Assembly (NCBI GenBank): GCA_049999805.1
Contig: JBNGIO010006099.1
Location: 1-62,844, forward strand
DNA length: 62,844 nucleotides
From: Folioceros fuciformis
Lineage: Eukaryota
Direction: 5' to 3'
The notes beneath the pieces were generated by a model that worked only from the letters and a program-made list of their open reading frames with translations, did not search any database and had not been told where the DNA came from. A program made the translations under genes and the position numbers. Below are positions 49,056 through 60,569 of the stretch, in pieces (position 1 is the stretch's first letter; every line of letters begins with the position of its first letter).

Positions 49056-50315
49056 ATGGCGAGGGAGACGTACGAGACGCTGCAGGGTGCGAACAAGAGG
49101 CTAGCGGATCATATTGCGCAGGTGAGCGACGCATTGAGCTCGCAGGATGGAGCGGCACTGGCGTCTCTCCTGGCGGTGTCGTCCCCGTCGGGAGCGCAGG
49201 CAGGGTACCGGGAGGCTGCGGCGCTGGTGTACGACTCGGCCAAGGATCTGAGCCGGTTTGTGAAGCTGCTGGACAAGCAGCACGCTGCGCTGGCGGACAT
49301 GCTGGTGCAGCACATGCGCTGCGCGCAGCTGTACAAGCAGGGGAGGTTCGTGGAAGCTTACTTGTGTCTGGAGAGGTGCGCCAATTCCTTCCTGCAGGAG
49401 TTTCGGAACTGGGAGTCCGGGTGGGCCATGGAGGCCCTGCATAAGATAGTGTATGAGCTGCGGAGGCTGGCGGGGATGGCAGACCGGGAGATGGCAGCGC
49501 AGGGCAAGGTTCCTGATAAGCTGAATGGAGCTGGCTCCTTTCTCATGAAGGTGTTCGGGGCGCTGGCGGGGAAGGGGCCTAAGCGGGTGGGAGCATTGTA
49601 TGTCACCTGCCAGTTGTTTAAGGTGTACTTCAAGCTGGGGACCGTGAATCTGTGTCGGAGTGTCATCCGGAGCATCGAGACCGCCAGGGTGTTTGAGTTT
49701 GAGGAGTTTCCTGCAAGGGATCGGGTTACGTATATGTATTATACAGGAAGGTTGGAGGTGTTCAACGACAACTTTGTAGTGGCAGACCAGAAGCTCATGT
49801 ATGCTCTCACGCACTGCAAGCGGATGGACAAGAGGAACATGAGGTTGATCTTGAAGTACCTTGTGCCGGTGAAGTTGTCTCTGGGATTGCTTCCTAAGAA
49901 GCAATTGTTGCCCAAGTACCAGCTTACGGAGTACACTGATGTGGTGCGTGCTTGCAAGTACGGGGACATCCGCCTGCTTCGTCATGCGCTGCAGGCTCAT
50001 GAGGACCAGTTCTTGAGGTCGGGTGTCTACCTGGTTCTGGAAAAGTTGGAGCTTCAGGTGTACCAGAGGCTGATGAAGAAGATTTACATTCTTCAAAAGC
50101 AAAGGGAGCCTAGCAAGGCACACCAAGTGAAAATGGACACGATTGTCAGGGCTCTGAGATGGCGGGACGTAGATATGGATATTGAAGAGGTTGAGTGTAT
50201 TATGGCCATACTCATCCACAGGAACTACATGAAGGGGTATTTCTCCCACAAAAGCAAGGTGGTGGTGTTGAGCAAGGTTGATCCTTTCCCGATTATGAAC
50301 TCTAGACATGACTGA
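49056..50315 (+). CDS. EER5: PCI-domain protein, EER5/THP1 (TREX-2)/PCID2-like, single exon
   Basis: KLNGAGSFLMKVFGALAGKGPKRVGALYVTCQLFKVYFKLGTVNLCRSVIRSIE, VTYMYYTGRL, EVECIMAILI..MKGYFSHKSKVVVLSKVDPFP. Confidence 0.92.
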   Translation: MARETYETLQGANKRLADHIAQVSDALSSQDGAALASLLAVSSPSGAQAGYREAAALVYDSAKDLSRFVKLLDKQHAALADMLVQHMRCAQLYKQGRFVEAYLCLERCANSFLQEFRNWESGWAMEALHKIVYELRRLAGMADREMAAQGKVPDKLNGAGSFLMKVFGALAGKGPKRVGALYVTCQLFKVYFKLGTVNLCRSVIRSIETARVFEFEEFPARDRVTYMYYTGRLEVFNDNFVVADQKLMYALTHCKRMDKRNMRLILKYLVPVKLSLGLLPKKQLLPKYQLTEYTDVVRACKYGDIRLLRHALQAHEDQFLRSGVYLVLEKLELQVYQRLMKKIYILQKQREPSKAHQVKMDTIVRALRWRDVDMDIEEVECIMAILIHRNYMKGYFSHKSKVVVLSKVDPFPIMNSRHD

Positions 50316-50683
50316 TGGTCACATGCCTCAACGCCACCTGTCTCAATTTCGGAAGACTCTGTTTCCCCAACACCTTGCAGCTAAGAATGGTTCAGTGCTG
50401 CTCCAACCGAGTGAAGTCGTGGTATGTTCAGACAGTCTGGAGCTGACCATCTTCTCCCCGCTGCCCGCACCCCAGTTTGTCCCGCGGGGAATGGACTCCA
50501 AAGACATGGCATAGATAACAGCGGGCGAATTTTAGCCAGTGGGTAGTACCGTGAGGGGTCAACGCACTTCCGTTTACCAACGGGGGGAGGCGATTTCATC
50601 AACTGAGGAATGAATGACGTGTCCAGAAACGATGAACATCAATCCAAACCAAAGCCTTTGTTTCAAATCCCTGTAGGTATGTA

Positions 50684-52436
50684 CTAAGGCTTCCCGAAGA
50701 AAGACAGCAAGCTTTTCTGCTTCTCGTCCTTGAGAGACAACTTTGGTTTTTTCGAGCTTGGGGACTGTTTTTGCGTTGTCCTCCTGTTGCCTGTTGAATG
50801 TGTCTTGGCAGAATCTTGAGTTGAATGTGTCTTGGCAGAATCTTGAGTCGGCCTCATAACAGATTTTGGCTTTGAAGGAGTCAATGGGCCAGAATCCTTC
50901 GACTCCTTCTCATCTAGATTCATTTGTGCCTCAGTAGACGGAGCCTCAGTTACGTCCTGATCAGATTCTATGGCTGCAAGGATGGCCTTCTCCTCTTCAG
51001 CAAATTCGAACTCTCTAGGAACAAGTTCTAGGCCTTCAGATGCAGATTTTCCCTGCATTGGAGAGGTCTCCACCTCGAGAGCCCTGGAAGCCTTCTTTGT
51101 ATCGAACATTTGAGAAATGTCGCGGTTGGCTCTGGCGGTGGATTTGACCTACAGGTAGATTCCAGTGAGAGTGCTGCATAACTGATATTAAATGGCCCTC
51201 TAGAGCTCAAGTACCCACCTCCTCGACGCATTCAGGACCATTGAATGATGGCTTGCCCATCTCAGGTGTCACTGGAATCCAGACCTGCACCACGAGAACC
51301 AGACGTCAAACAGCACGCTTCGCTGATGACAAAACCAATGAGACAAAACGTGGATACAAGGGCAGACCAAATCCAAGCCTCCGTACGGCTGTGTCAGCCT
51401 TTTGAGATCGCTTTCTAAAAGCTCTCCTTCAAGCCAAGATTGCACAGCATCCTGGTTCGCAAGTATCACCGGCATCCTGTCTAAATCTTCGATGTCAGAG
51501 CCACCCCAAATTCTGTTTTTATCTACTCCAAGCAATCCTGCTCTAGTACCTACCATGGAGCCACTCCAAGGCCTTGGAGCAGCCAGTCGTCAGAATTGTA
51601 AACGAATGCATAACATTGCCTGCAGCGAAGCACGAGTCAGTTGATATGTACAACCCCACCAAATAATCGTTCTTCGTCCTCTAGGATGCACCTTCAGCAT
51701 CGGTCCAGGTGTCGTAAAGTCCTGCAAAGATGAGAGGCCTGCCGTCCTTCAGGTGCACATAATAAGGCTGCTTCTTAGTTCCATCTTTCTTCCACTCATA
51801 GAACCTGGTTCCCATGTATACCAAAACAACAGTCAGGGGAAAAAAAAAACAGAACAACAAGGCAGGCAAGCCACCAACGGTCCCTGCTCTGTCACATACC
51901 CCTCTACCGCAACCACACACCTCCTCCGCGGCAAGAGACGCCGAAAGGAAGCCTTCTGGCTCACCGATTCGGATCGAGCGTTAAACTGTAAGCAACATTC
52001 AGACGTTTCAGCTCACAACGTCAAACGGGGATCACACCCGAATCTGGAATGAAAGAACAAAAATAAGCAAGCAGGGCATGCAAGTTTTGGAACTCTTCCA
52101 AAACACCTACCATGCGGAAAAAATCCGGCTTCTCGCTCGTCTTGGTGAAGCTTGGAACTAGCCCCCATCTCATGGCTTGCACAACCGGCTCTGCGGCCCC
52201 CTCGTTGCTCTCGTACCGCAGCACCGGCATGTACGCTCCCGGGCAAACATTGTAGGACAGGCGGCATCTGAGACAGTAACGATGTCACCGTGAGCAGCCA
52301 TTTCCATTTGCGTTGGAATTCTGGAAAGCAAAGGAGCTGCCTACCGGTCTGCATCCACAGTTCGAGCTGTGGCTGTGATGCCGCAAGCTGCCAGCACTGC
52401 ATCCGGCCTCAGAGTGCACCGTGCTCTGCCGCACAT
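50684..52436 (-). CDS. HMCES: SRAP-domain abasic-site crosslinking protein (HMCES/YedK), multi-exon
   Basis: MCGR start (catalytic Cys2), MRWGLVPSF, FNARSES, VEGFYEW and WLHDRMPV, plus a C-terminal PIP-box-like QKSLLSFF. Confidence 0.93.
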
Positions 52437-52713
52437 CTTGCAATTCGGAGCTGCTTGCACCAAAATCGTATCGTTTTCGGCAGCATTCCCGGCAAACCCT
52501 TGCTTGGTCCGAGGGTAACAACACTCGAAAGAGAGTTCAAGCGNNNNNNNNNNNNNNNNNNNNNNNNNNNNNNNNNNNNNNNNNNNNNNNNNNNNNNNNN
52601 NNNNNNNNNNNNNNNNNNNNNNNNNNNNNNNNNNNNNNNNNNNCTCCTCGCCATGGTCGGCTGGTTCTGAAGCGTGCTCCCGGGTGATCCACGCCAAACC
52701 GGGTCGCGACAGG

Positions 52714-53873
52714 ATGAGCTCTCCGGAGACAGGCGGAGTGGACGCGCGACACCAGAATCGGAATCGGCGGGGTGTCGTGCCGGAGCCTTTTGTTTACTAT
52801 GCTCCGAATCCGTGGCAGCGGCGCCGGCTTGTGGATGAACAATTTGCAGGATCAGGAAGGGGATCCATAGTACATCGGGGCCATGGTGAAGTCGTTGATT
52901 TGGAGGAAGGGGATGCGCCAGTGGCTCAGAGCTCCGGTGAGCGGGATGCTAGTTTTGGAGCGGCCGCGGAGATGGAGGCACGGAGAGACAGTGCGGGGAC
53001 TGCTGCAGGGCCGTGTCTGGCTGTTGTATCCCAGGAGTTCTCAGCTGGGCATTTAAGGAGGAGGGCATCGGTCGAGGAGGAGACGCGGCTGGAAGCTCTG
53101 GACCAGGAATCTCCAGAGCAGGACGAAGCGCTTGCACAGCAGGAGCCTCATGTTCTCGGTGTCGATGCATGCCCTGCAATGGATGCAGATGGCGTTATCT
53201 TGCAGCAGGAAGCTGAGGTATCTCTACTTTGCAGCAGCTACACGAGCTACGATTCAGAAACGCTGATTTGCCGTGCTGCATCTGTCGACCACTGCATCTG
53301 CATCCGCCACTGGCAGATCGTGGATCTGGAGGTCTTGTCAATTCTAAGTTTCATATGCAATCTATGACTTCCGGTTAGCGTCACAACCAGGAATTCAACG
53401 GACAAGAGGCCTTGGAGCAATGGACACGCGCTCAGCTCCAGGCAATCGATGTGGCCGAAGCTGAAAGTTCTGGTGCATTTGAAGAGCGGCAGGAAGAGGA
53501 GCTGATGGACCTAGCAACTGCTGAAAATGCTGAGCGACATCACATGATGAGAGTTCTCCAGACAGGGTGATTGAAAACCTGATGATGTCAGGTTCCATCA
53601 CTGTGCCGCTTTGATAGGTTTATGACTCCAATTCAGTTGGGATGTGCAGTGCCAAGTACCTGTTGCAGGATGAAGTCGACGAAATTGCTTCATATGAGGA
53701 GCTCGTGTCAATCCATAACAGTATACATCGCCTGAAGGAGATAGTGGAGCGTGGTATGAACGTAATTCATGAAAGGGAACGGTACGTTGTCTGCGTTATG
53801 GATGCGGTTGCTGCCCTTCCCTTAGCCCCAGCTTGCCTTTTACAGGACATCTCCTGTAATAGGGACTAACTAA
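52714..53873 (+). CDS. Putative orphan acidic/coiled-coil protein, multi-exon; model uncertain
   Basis: ATG at 52714, Glu-rich exons with plausible GT-AG sites, and a helical exon DEVDEIASYEELVSIHNSIHRLKEIVERGMNVIHERE. The phase of the middle exon is not resolved. Confidence 0.4.
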
Positions 53874-55331
53874 GAATTGAGAGCCACAGCCAGGAGATGT
53901 TACGAGAAAAGGCAGAAGCTTTGCGTGTCCAAAATGAGTGTAAAGTAGCTCTAGCTGCAGAGCTGCGAGAGATGACTCGTCTTCGGCAGGAGAAGGATCA
54001 ATTGCGTGAGAAACTGGTATGTTCCACCTCATGTCTAAAAATCTCAGTCCGTAACTAGGCACCCCTGCTTGTGGCAACCTGCTTGAGTAGATTAATGACA
54101 AACCGACGTCTCAAGAGTGGAACTCATCCTCCCTTGTGTCTGTTGACAGGAACAAGCGCGAGAGAGAATTTTGTGCAGAATTTGTTTTGAAAGAGTAATG
54201 CTTGATAACGTATTTGTTTTGTTGCATCCGATGTTTCCTAACCATGGATTTTCTTGTTCCGAGTCTCTGACAACGTGCACTTGTGTCTGAAAGCCAAGAG
54301 ATGCGATATCCCTACCTTGCAGTAAGACATCTCACTCTAATTTGCAAATCCTGCCATTTTTCCTTGTACTGTAGTGTCATACGGTTCAGCGAGGGCACTG
54401 ACAGCAATTGCTCGTTGTCTCGCGAACAGTGCATCTGGACTACTGCAACCTATGTTTACAGAAACACCAACTGCGGAAAAATACCTGTCCGACCTGTAGG
54501 GGCACTATTAGCGGAGTTTTGAGGTATAGCTTGTCGCTGGACTAAAATAAGGCCCCCCAGACCCCTTCATAGCGCAGACGAAACGACGAGGTTTCCTTAG
54601 GGGTGAGGACCCGCGTGTCACTGTGAACGCCGGTGATAGCTGGTCACATACTGTACCTTTGTACATACATACATGTGCTGTATATGGAATGTACGTTCGC
54701 CTTGAGTGACATCCGAATCTCATTTGGCACATGCAAGGCCTGACATCGTAGAAAGGAATCTTCGTCTTCCAGCCTCATGGAGCCAGAACAAGGTCGCCAA
54801 CGCCCAACGGACTCCCGATGTGTGGAGCCCGCCGTGACGTTTAAGCCCTCGTGCAACCATTACACCGGGCACGAGAAACCTGTCAGGTTCCATTAAAATA
54901 TGACCCGGTCCTAGAGTGAGGGATGAATGTGGGGGCGTTCGCTGTGTGAACATGGGCTTGTTCTAACCTACCAAACACGACTTTGAAGTCCATGCTTCTC
55001 TCAACATCACTGGGTCGTCATCGAGCTGCTGCCGCACTCGCCACCCTCTTCCGGGCAGTTCCAGGCGACGGAAGCTTGCGCACGCAAGGGAGAGTCTGTT
55101 CCAATTGCGCTCCTCTTACCCTTCGTTCCTCATCGATTTGCTTGTGTTGTCCTGTCTTCCTACCGGGCGCATTTCACAGCCTGCTCGCTCCCGTGTGATT
55201 GCTGGAGGAAACCTAGGCTGCTTCTGCCCTTACTTTCCCGGTTCCTTAAGACTGGATTGGCGGCCCTCACAGAGTGCTTGTTGGACACCCAGTTTCTTGG
55301 AAGGTGAGCGCCGTTGCACACCTCTTGTGAA

Positions 55332-56736
55332 ATGGGAGCCACCAACGCTATACCGTTGCTCCTGCTGCTGGCGTGCGCATTATGGGTCCCTGGAAGCAAG
55401 GCCAATCTTGAAGGTATGCCCTCGCCCCTCCTTGGTCCGACTTTTCCTTTGCAGCTCATGGCAGCCCAGCTGGGCCTGCATAAGACTGGAATTGAGCTTT
55501 GTTCAGTAAAGTCCACGTGCCGCACAATTCTTGGTCACACTGGAGCTTGGAAAGTCGATTGTTCCGTTGAGTTGTGCTAGGATGACTCATTTTCATCATG
55601 GTCGGGAGATGAGGACTCATGTGTTACTCGCTTGTTCTTTAGGGGACGCACTTCATGCTTTGAGGCGGAGTCTCGTAGACCCAGGGAATGTGCTCCAGAG
55701 CTGGGATCCGACGTTGGTGGATCCTTGCACTTGGTTCCATGTCACTTGCGACAGACATAACCATGTGACTCGAGTGTAGGTATTCGGACAAATTGTGGTG
55801 CTGAAAAATGTATGCTCGTGGAGTTTATTCGTCACCTGTGTTTCTGCAGGGATTTAGGTAATGCAAAGCTGTCCGGCTCCCTTGTCCCGGAACTCAAGCA
55901 CCTTCAGTATCTTCAGTATTTGTAAGCTGGCAGCCTTCACCACGATCGTCATTTTCCGACATCTTACCATGACATGAGTTAGTTGCTGTCTTCTAGAGTG
56001 ACGAGCTGTGGCCATGGTACAGGGAGGTGTACAAGAACAACATCGGTGGACAGATCCCGGAGGAGCTTGGCGAGTGCAAGAATCTCGTGAGCCTCGATTT
56101 GTACATGAACAACTTCACCGGTCCCATCCCCAAGTCCCTCGCCAACCTGCAGTCTCTGGCATTCGTGTGAGTCTTCCCCGAACTCCGTTGCTTATCGTAT
56201 GGAATGTTTTCCACGAGAAGTAATTTCTGAGGACTGAAAAGGGGGGAAGGAAAGCTGACCTGTGGCTTTAGCAGTCTCCTTGGACAAGGCCTGGCCACCA
56301 CCTAATTTTCTGCGTGCTCAAACAGGCGACTGAACGACAACCAGCTCAGTGGACCCATTCCCCGAGAACTGGCTTCCATCAAGAGTCTGAAATTTGTGTA
56401 AGCATATCGTACCTCTCCGTGAAGGGCCTGCAGCCTCGACTTCGTTCAGGTCCCCCGACAATCGATTAACATATCACACGTTGATTCCAGGAACCTAGCC
56501 AACAATGACTTCTGCGGATATATCCCCTCGACGGGCTCATTCGAAAGACTGTCTCTCAAAGGGTAAGAAAGCTCTGTCCCGGGTGTGCATAACTTTGCAG
56601 TGCAGTTCATTCTCCAGGCCAACCCTAAGTGACCCGCGGTTTCTTTCAATATCATAGCTTCGAGAATAACCCCAGGCTCAAGGGACCGGAGCTGCTCGGC
56701 TTCGACTTGCCAGCTTCCAACGATGGCTGCAACTGA
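55332..56736 (+). CDS. Small secreted leucine-rich repeat protein (LRP/LRR1 type, SERK-ectodomain-like), 7 exons
   Basis: Signal peptide, [55 protein letters not shown], about 5 LRRs, [14 protein letters not shown]...GCN*. No TM or kinase domain. Confidence 0.93.
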
Positions 56737-56929
56737 GTGCCACTCACAAACAAGGTCTCCTAGGTTTGCCTGCAAGTGCAAGGAAGGCACCATTACCATC
56801 TCGCTAATACACCTCACAATTCCTCGTGAAGCTTTCTCCACTGCGTATCGATAACACAGCCCTTGAGCAGCTTCGCGCTGGGTTACACGGAACTTACGTG
56901 CTCCCGAACGGAATGATTTCGTGCTCGAG

Positions 56930-57005
56930 AAATGTGGGACTGTGTTGAAATCTTAAATGTGGAACTGTGTTGAAATCTTAAATGTGGGACTGTGTTGAAA
57001 TCTTA
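56930..57005. repeat. 25-bp tandem repeat x3
   Basis: AAATGTGG(G/A)ACTGTGTTGAAATCTT at 56930, 56955 and 56980. Confidence 0.9.
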
Positions 57006-57413
57006 CGGGCGGACACTTGTGAGAGACACGTCCATTAAACGCTACCGACAATGAGGCAACGAGGAAGGCCGACGAGGCCACGCGGGGGCAGTAGGAACTG
57101 CCACGCGAGCGGCTGGCTACCCACGTCGGCACGCTCGGTCACTACTTCCCCTCTACTGGACGCGGAGGAAGATGTGGAACCGAACCAGACTGCCCGAGAG
57201 AAACCGGACACTTCAAGCAATCCGCGCTTCAAGAGTTCAAGACCGTCCTCGACCGAATTCTCATCCGCCGAGTGACACTGCGTCTGCAGATCAGGTGGAT
57301 TTCCAGGCTACGGTGTGTGATCACGACCTCGAATACAAGAGCAGTAGGTACATACTGCAAGGCTCAGCGCACATTCGGACGATCGGGAGTGTGGTCGGTC
57401 GCAGCAAGAAAAG

Positions 57414-57695
57414 ATGAAGGGAGGAGGTTCAGACCCGGGGGTAGGGTTCCAGGAGCAGCAGGCAGTAGGCGGGCATTCGGTCGGCAAGAAAGGGGATTAC
57501 AGTGCCCCGCCTCAGTACTACCCGGGGTCCTATGTACAGCCGCCCGATCCTAATCAGAAGGGATCAAGCTGCCAATGTGGTCATGCTAACTGCCCTGCCG
57601 GCCGAAGAAAGGACAGATCCACCTGTATTGCGTTTCTCATTTCTTGCCTAGCTTGCTGCTACTGCTGCCACGCCCTTTGCTGCTGCGGCCTCTGA
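57414..57695 (+). CDS. CYSTM (cysteine-rich transmembrane module) small protein
   Basis: Pro/Gln/Tyr/Gly-rich N-terminus, a basic patch and a Cys-rich tail CIAFLISCLACCYCCHALCCCGL*. Confidence 0.75.
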   Translation: MKGGGSDPGVGFQEQQAVGGHSVGKKGDYSAPPQYYPGSYVQPPDPNQKGSSCQCGHANCPAGRRKDRSTCIAFLISCLACCYCCHALCCCGL

Positions 57696-59319
57696 GTCTG
57701 CCGAGCTTTGCACGAATTTCTTGTACCGATTCCAGTGGCGCTGTTCTCTCCTGTGTTCTGGTGATAGTCGTACCTAGTACCTAGTACCTAGTACCTAGTA
57801 CACTTACTACTGATAGCTATGTTCTATCTTCATCCGTCTGTGGTAGGTAGCCTACCACATATTTGCCGTTTGGCCTCCTTTCCGGAAAGTAGAGTTGCGT
57901 GTCTCCAACGCTCTTGCAGGCCAATTGTCCTTATTATCCTGTTGTTTGAATTGTAAACTGGAGACGTCTTGTTTGGCCGATGCAGTACACAGAGACCAAG
58001 GCCACTTGCACACTTTAACCGGTGCCAAGGTGTATATCGTCGTAGTGATGCCCGCGCTAGCCCTCTTGCAAAGACATCAAAGCTCAGGGGTGACGTCTTA
58101 CCTCCACTCTTATCCTTTGATGTCTTGGCGAACCGCTGGGAGGATGCGACAGTCGACGGGAAGCGGGAAGAACTGGAGACATCGGGAATACTGAAGGACG
58201 GAAGACTTCATTGAAACAAACTGATGGAAAAGCCCGAACGGAGTGCTCTTGGGAACAACCCACTGAAGAGCCAAGAACGCAGAATGCGACAGTCAAGGAT
58301 GGGGGAACACGTTCCGCAAGCTGTGGAAACATGTCGCGCTGATGTGATGTTTCCAGATTTGACGTGCTGTCCTATGTCGGAATCTGGAAGTGGAATTTGC
58401 CGTAAGCTGATCGTTTTACGTGAAGTACTTACGTTTGTAATTTGCTGTTATCGGGTGCTGGTATGACTCCGGTCCAATACCTTTAACATACGTACGGCCG
58501 TTATGACTCTGGTCTGATACCCTTATGACTTCGTACATGGCCTCTCTGTAATCCACGTCTTCTGCATCCGTATGAATTTAGAAGTACTGTACGTATCAAC
58601 AAGGGGTGCTGTTGTTAATTCCAAGCCCATGACGTACGAGAACAATCATTGTACGGCGGGAGCGTATGTATGTGGCGGGTGGACCGGGCGAGGAACATGC
58701 AGCTCTACGATTTTCACATGGGAGAAGGCCTTTCTCTTTTCTTTCCAATACAAACTACAAAAAATAAATATATCTTTTTATTTATCTAGAAGAAAGAAAA
58801 TAAATGTTGTGACTAATATACGTCTGCCACCATATCTTTGACCCTATGCTAGCTGGCACTTATTTGTGACAAACTAGATACCATGAATAAGAAAGCTTGA
58901 ATTTGGAGAACAAAGGTCATTGCCTCTTATTTGGTGTGTACTATATTATGTGTGATATTTAATATCTTAAAAGTAAAACTTAAAAGTACAATAAATGAAT
59001 GCACACATACTAAGTAGTGAAACCTAAGTAGCAAAACCTCGAGATAGGCAATTGGTGAAATGGCAAGGAGAGAGTGCCGCTACAATACCTAACATTTTGT
59101 CTTGTAACAAGGTCTAATCAAAACGGTCGGATTCCACAAAGCCATTCTAATGCATTCTACCACTGGTACGATCCTAGCTTTATATTCACTTTTTATCATT
59201 TTTTGTAAACGTTTGTGTGTGGATATCTACGTTGATTATTGAACACCTTTTTTTTATTTATCTATACTAACCACTGCTTCAACTCCTTAATTTAAAAATT
59301 GAAAAACAAGCAGTCTAGG

Positions 59320-60300
59320 TACATTGATCTATTGGCACACTCCCGCAGTCTAAGTGTGCTAGTCTACTGGCGCACTCCTCTAGTGTGGGTGCACCGGTAG
59401 AGCGGCGCTCTCCTGTAGTCAAGTGAGTATGTTTAAGAAAGTTTTCTTGATTGAAAATGAAGTTTTCAAGTGCGACTACGCCGGTCTACTAGCGCACTCC
59501 TACAATTAAGTGAGTCTATTAAAGAATTTTTTCTTAATTAAAAATGAGGTTTTCAAGTGCAAGTGCGCTGGTAGACCGGCTCACTCTTGCAATTAAGTGA
59601 GTATGTTTTAAGAACGTTTTCTTGATTAAAAATGAAGTTTTCAAGTGTTGGTGCACCGGTAGACTCGCACACCCCCGAAATTAAGTAAGTATATTTAAGA
59701 AAGTTTTCTTGATTGAAAATGAAGTTTTCAAATGTAGATGAGCCGGTAGACCGGTGCACTCCTGCACTTAAGAAGGTATACTTAAGACGTTTTCTTGATT
59801 GAAAATGAAGTTTTCAAGTGCAAGTACACTGGTCTACCAGCACACTCCTATAGTTAAGTGGGTATTTTTAAGAAAATTTTCTTGATTAGAAATGAAGTTT
59901 TCAAGTGCAGGTGCGCCGATCTATTGGCACAATCCTGCAGTTAAGTCAATACATTTAAGAAAGTTTACTTGATTGAAAATGAAGGTTTTAACTACAGGTG
60001 CGTTAGTAAACTGGTGCACTCCTGCAGTTAAATGAGTATTTTTAAGAAATTTTTTGATGAAAAATAAAGGTCTAAAAGTTAATTTCATATACCAAGTTTG
60101 TAGAATCAAAGGTTAAACACAAGACCTCCCATGTTAGGTTTTTAATACCAACCACTACACCATTCCCTACTCCTGTACAAAAATAAGTTATTTGATTTAA
60201 TTTATTGATATTAAAAAATGCAGGGCCTAGGAGAGAGTGCACTTGTCTACCTACACACTCTTATGTCAATGCAGAGTGCGCGGGTAGACTCGCACACTCT
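59320..60300. repeat. ~87-bp tandem array (~8 copies plus isolated monomers) of a GC-rich palindrome alternating with an AT-rich block
   Basis: TTTTCTTGATTGAAAATGAAGTTTTCAAGTG recurs at about 59442, 59529, 59617, 59704, 59790, 59877 and 59963, separated by GTGCACCGGTAGACCGGTGCAC-like hairpins. Confidence 0.9.
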
Positions 60301-60413
60301 TGAAGAAAATGTTCGAAATCAAGAACCATGGGACATCGACATTGTACCTGTAATGCATAGTTGCAATTTTATTAAGGCATGTGTCAGCAACCTAATTCGG
60401 AAAAACCTGTGCG

Positions 60414-60455
60414 TTCTTTCCAATCAATTGTCATGCAACAATTGATTGGAAAGAA
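60414..60455. repeat. Perfect 18-bp inverted repeat with a 6-nt loop
   Basis: TTCTTTCCAATCAATTGT-catgca-ACAATTGATTGGAAAGAA. Confidence 0.9.
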
Positions 60456-60569
60456 TGGTAGATGCGCAAGTGTGATGATTTGAGTGAAACGGCCTACATA
60501 GAAAAACACATAAATCAAACGCTCAGGACTAAACATGAAATCGGACAAAACTCGAACTACCTGCGATAG

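Larger units (their letters stand above)
17084..52643. other. Seven assembly gaps: 17084-17183, 18575-18584, 31357-31456, 32238-32337, 42698-43097, 48420-48429, 52544-52643
   Basis: Runs of N. Three 100-N gaps fall in GC-rich promoter/5' regions; the others are flanked by repeats. Confidence 0.99.

Noticed and set aside
49101-50309. 402-aa antisense ORF
   Set aside because: Shadow frame of the GC3-rich EER5 CDS; His/Leu/Gln-rich with no domain.
21866-57695. Defence or biosynthetic cluster (LOX, MMP, LRR, CYSTM)
   Set aside because: The genes are dispersed among unrelated housekeeping genes, and no CYP74, AOC or other pathway partner is present.
57895-58466. Short ORFs downstream of CYSTM
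   Set aside because: No consistent frame, splice model or homology recognised.
59320-60300. CRISPR-like repeat/spacer appearance
   Set aside because: The intervening sequences are homologous to each other, the context is eukaryotic and there are no cas genes.
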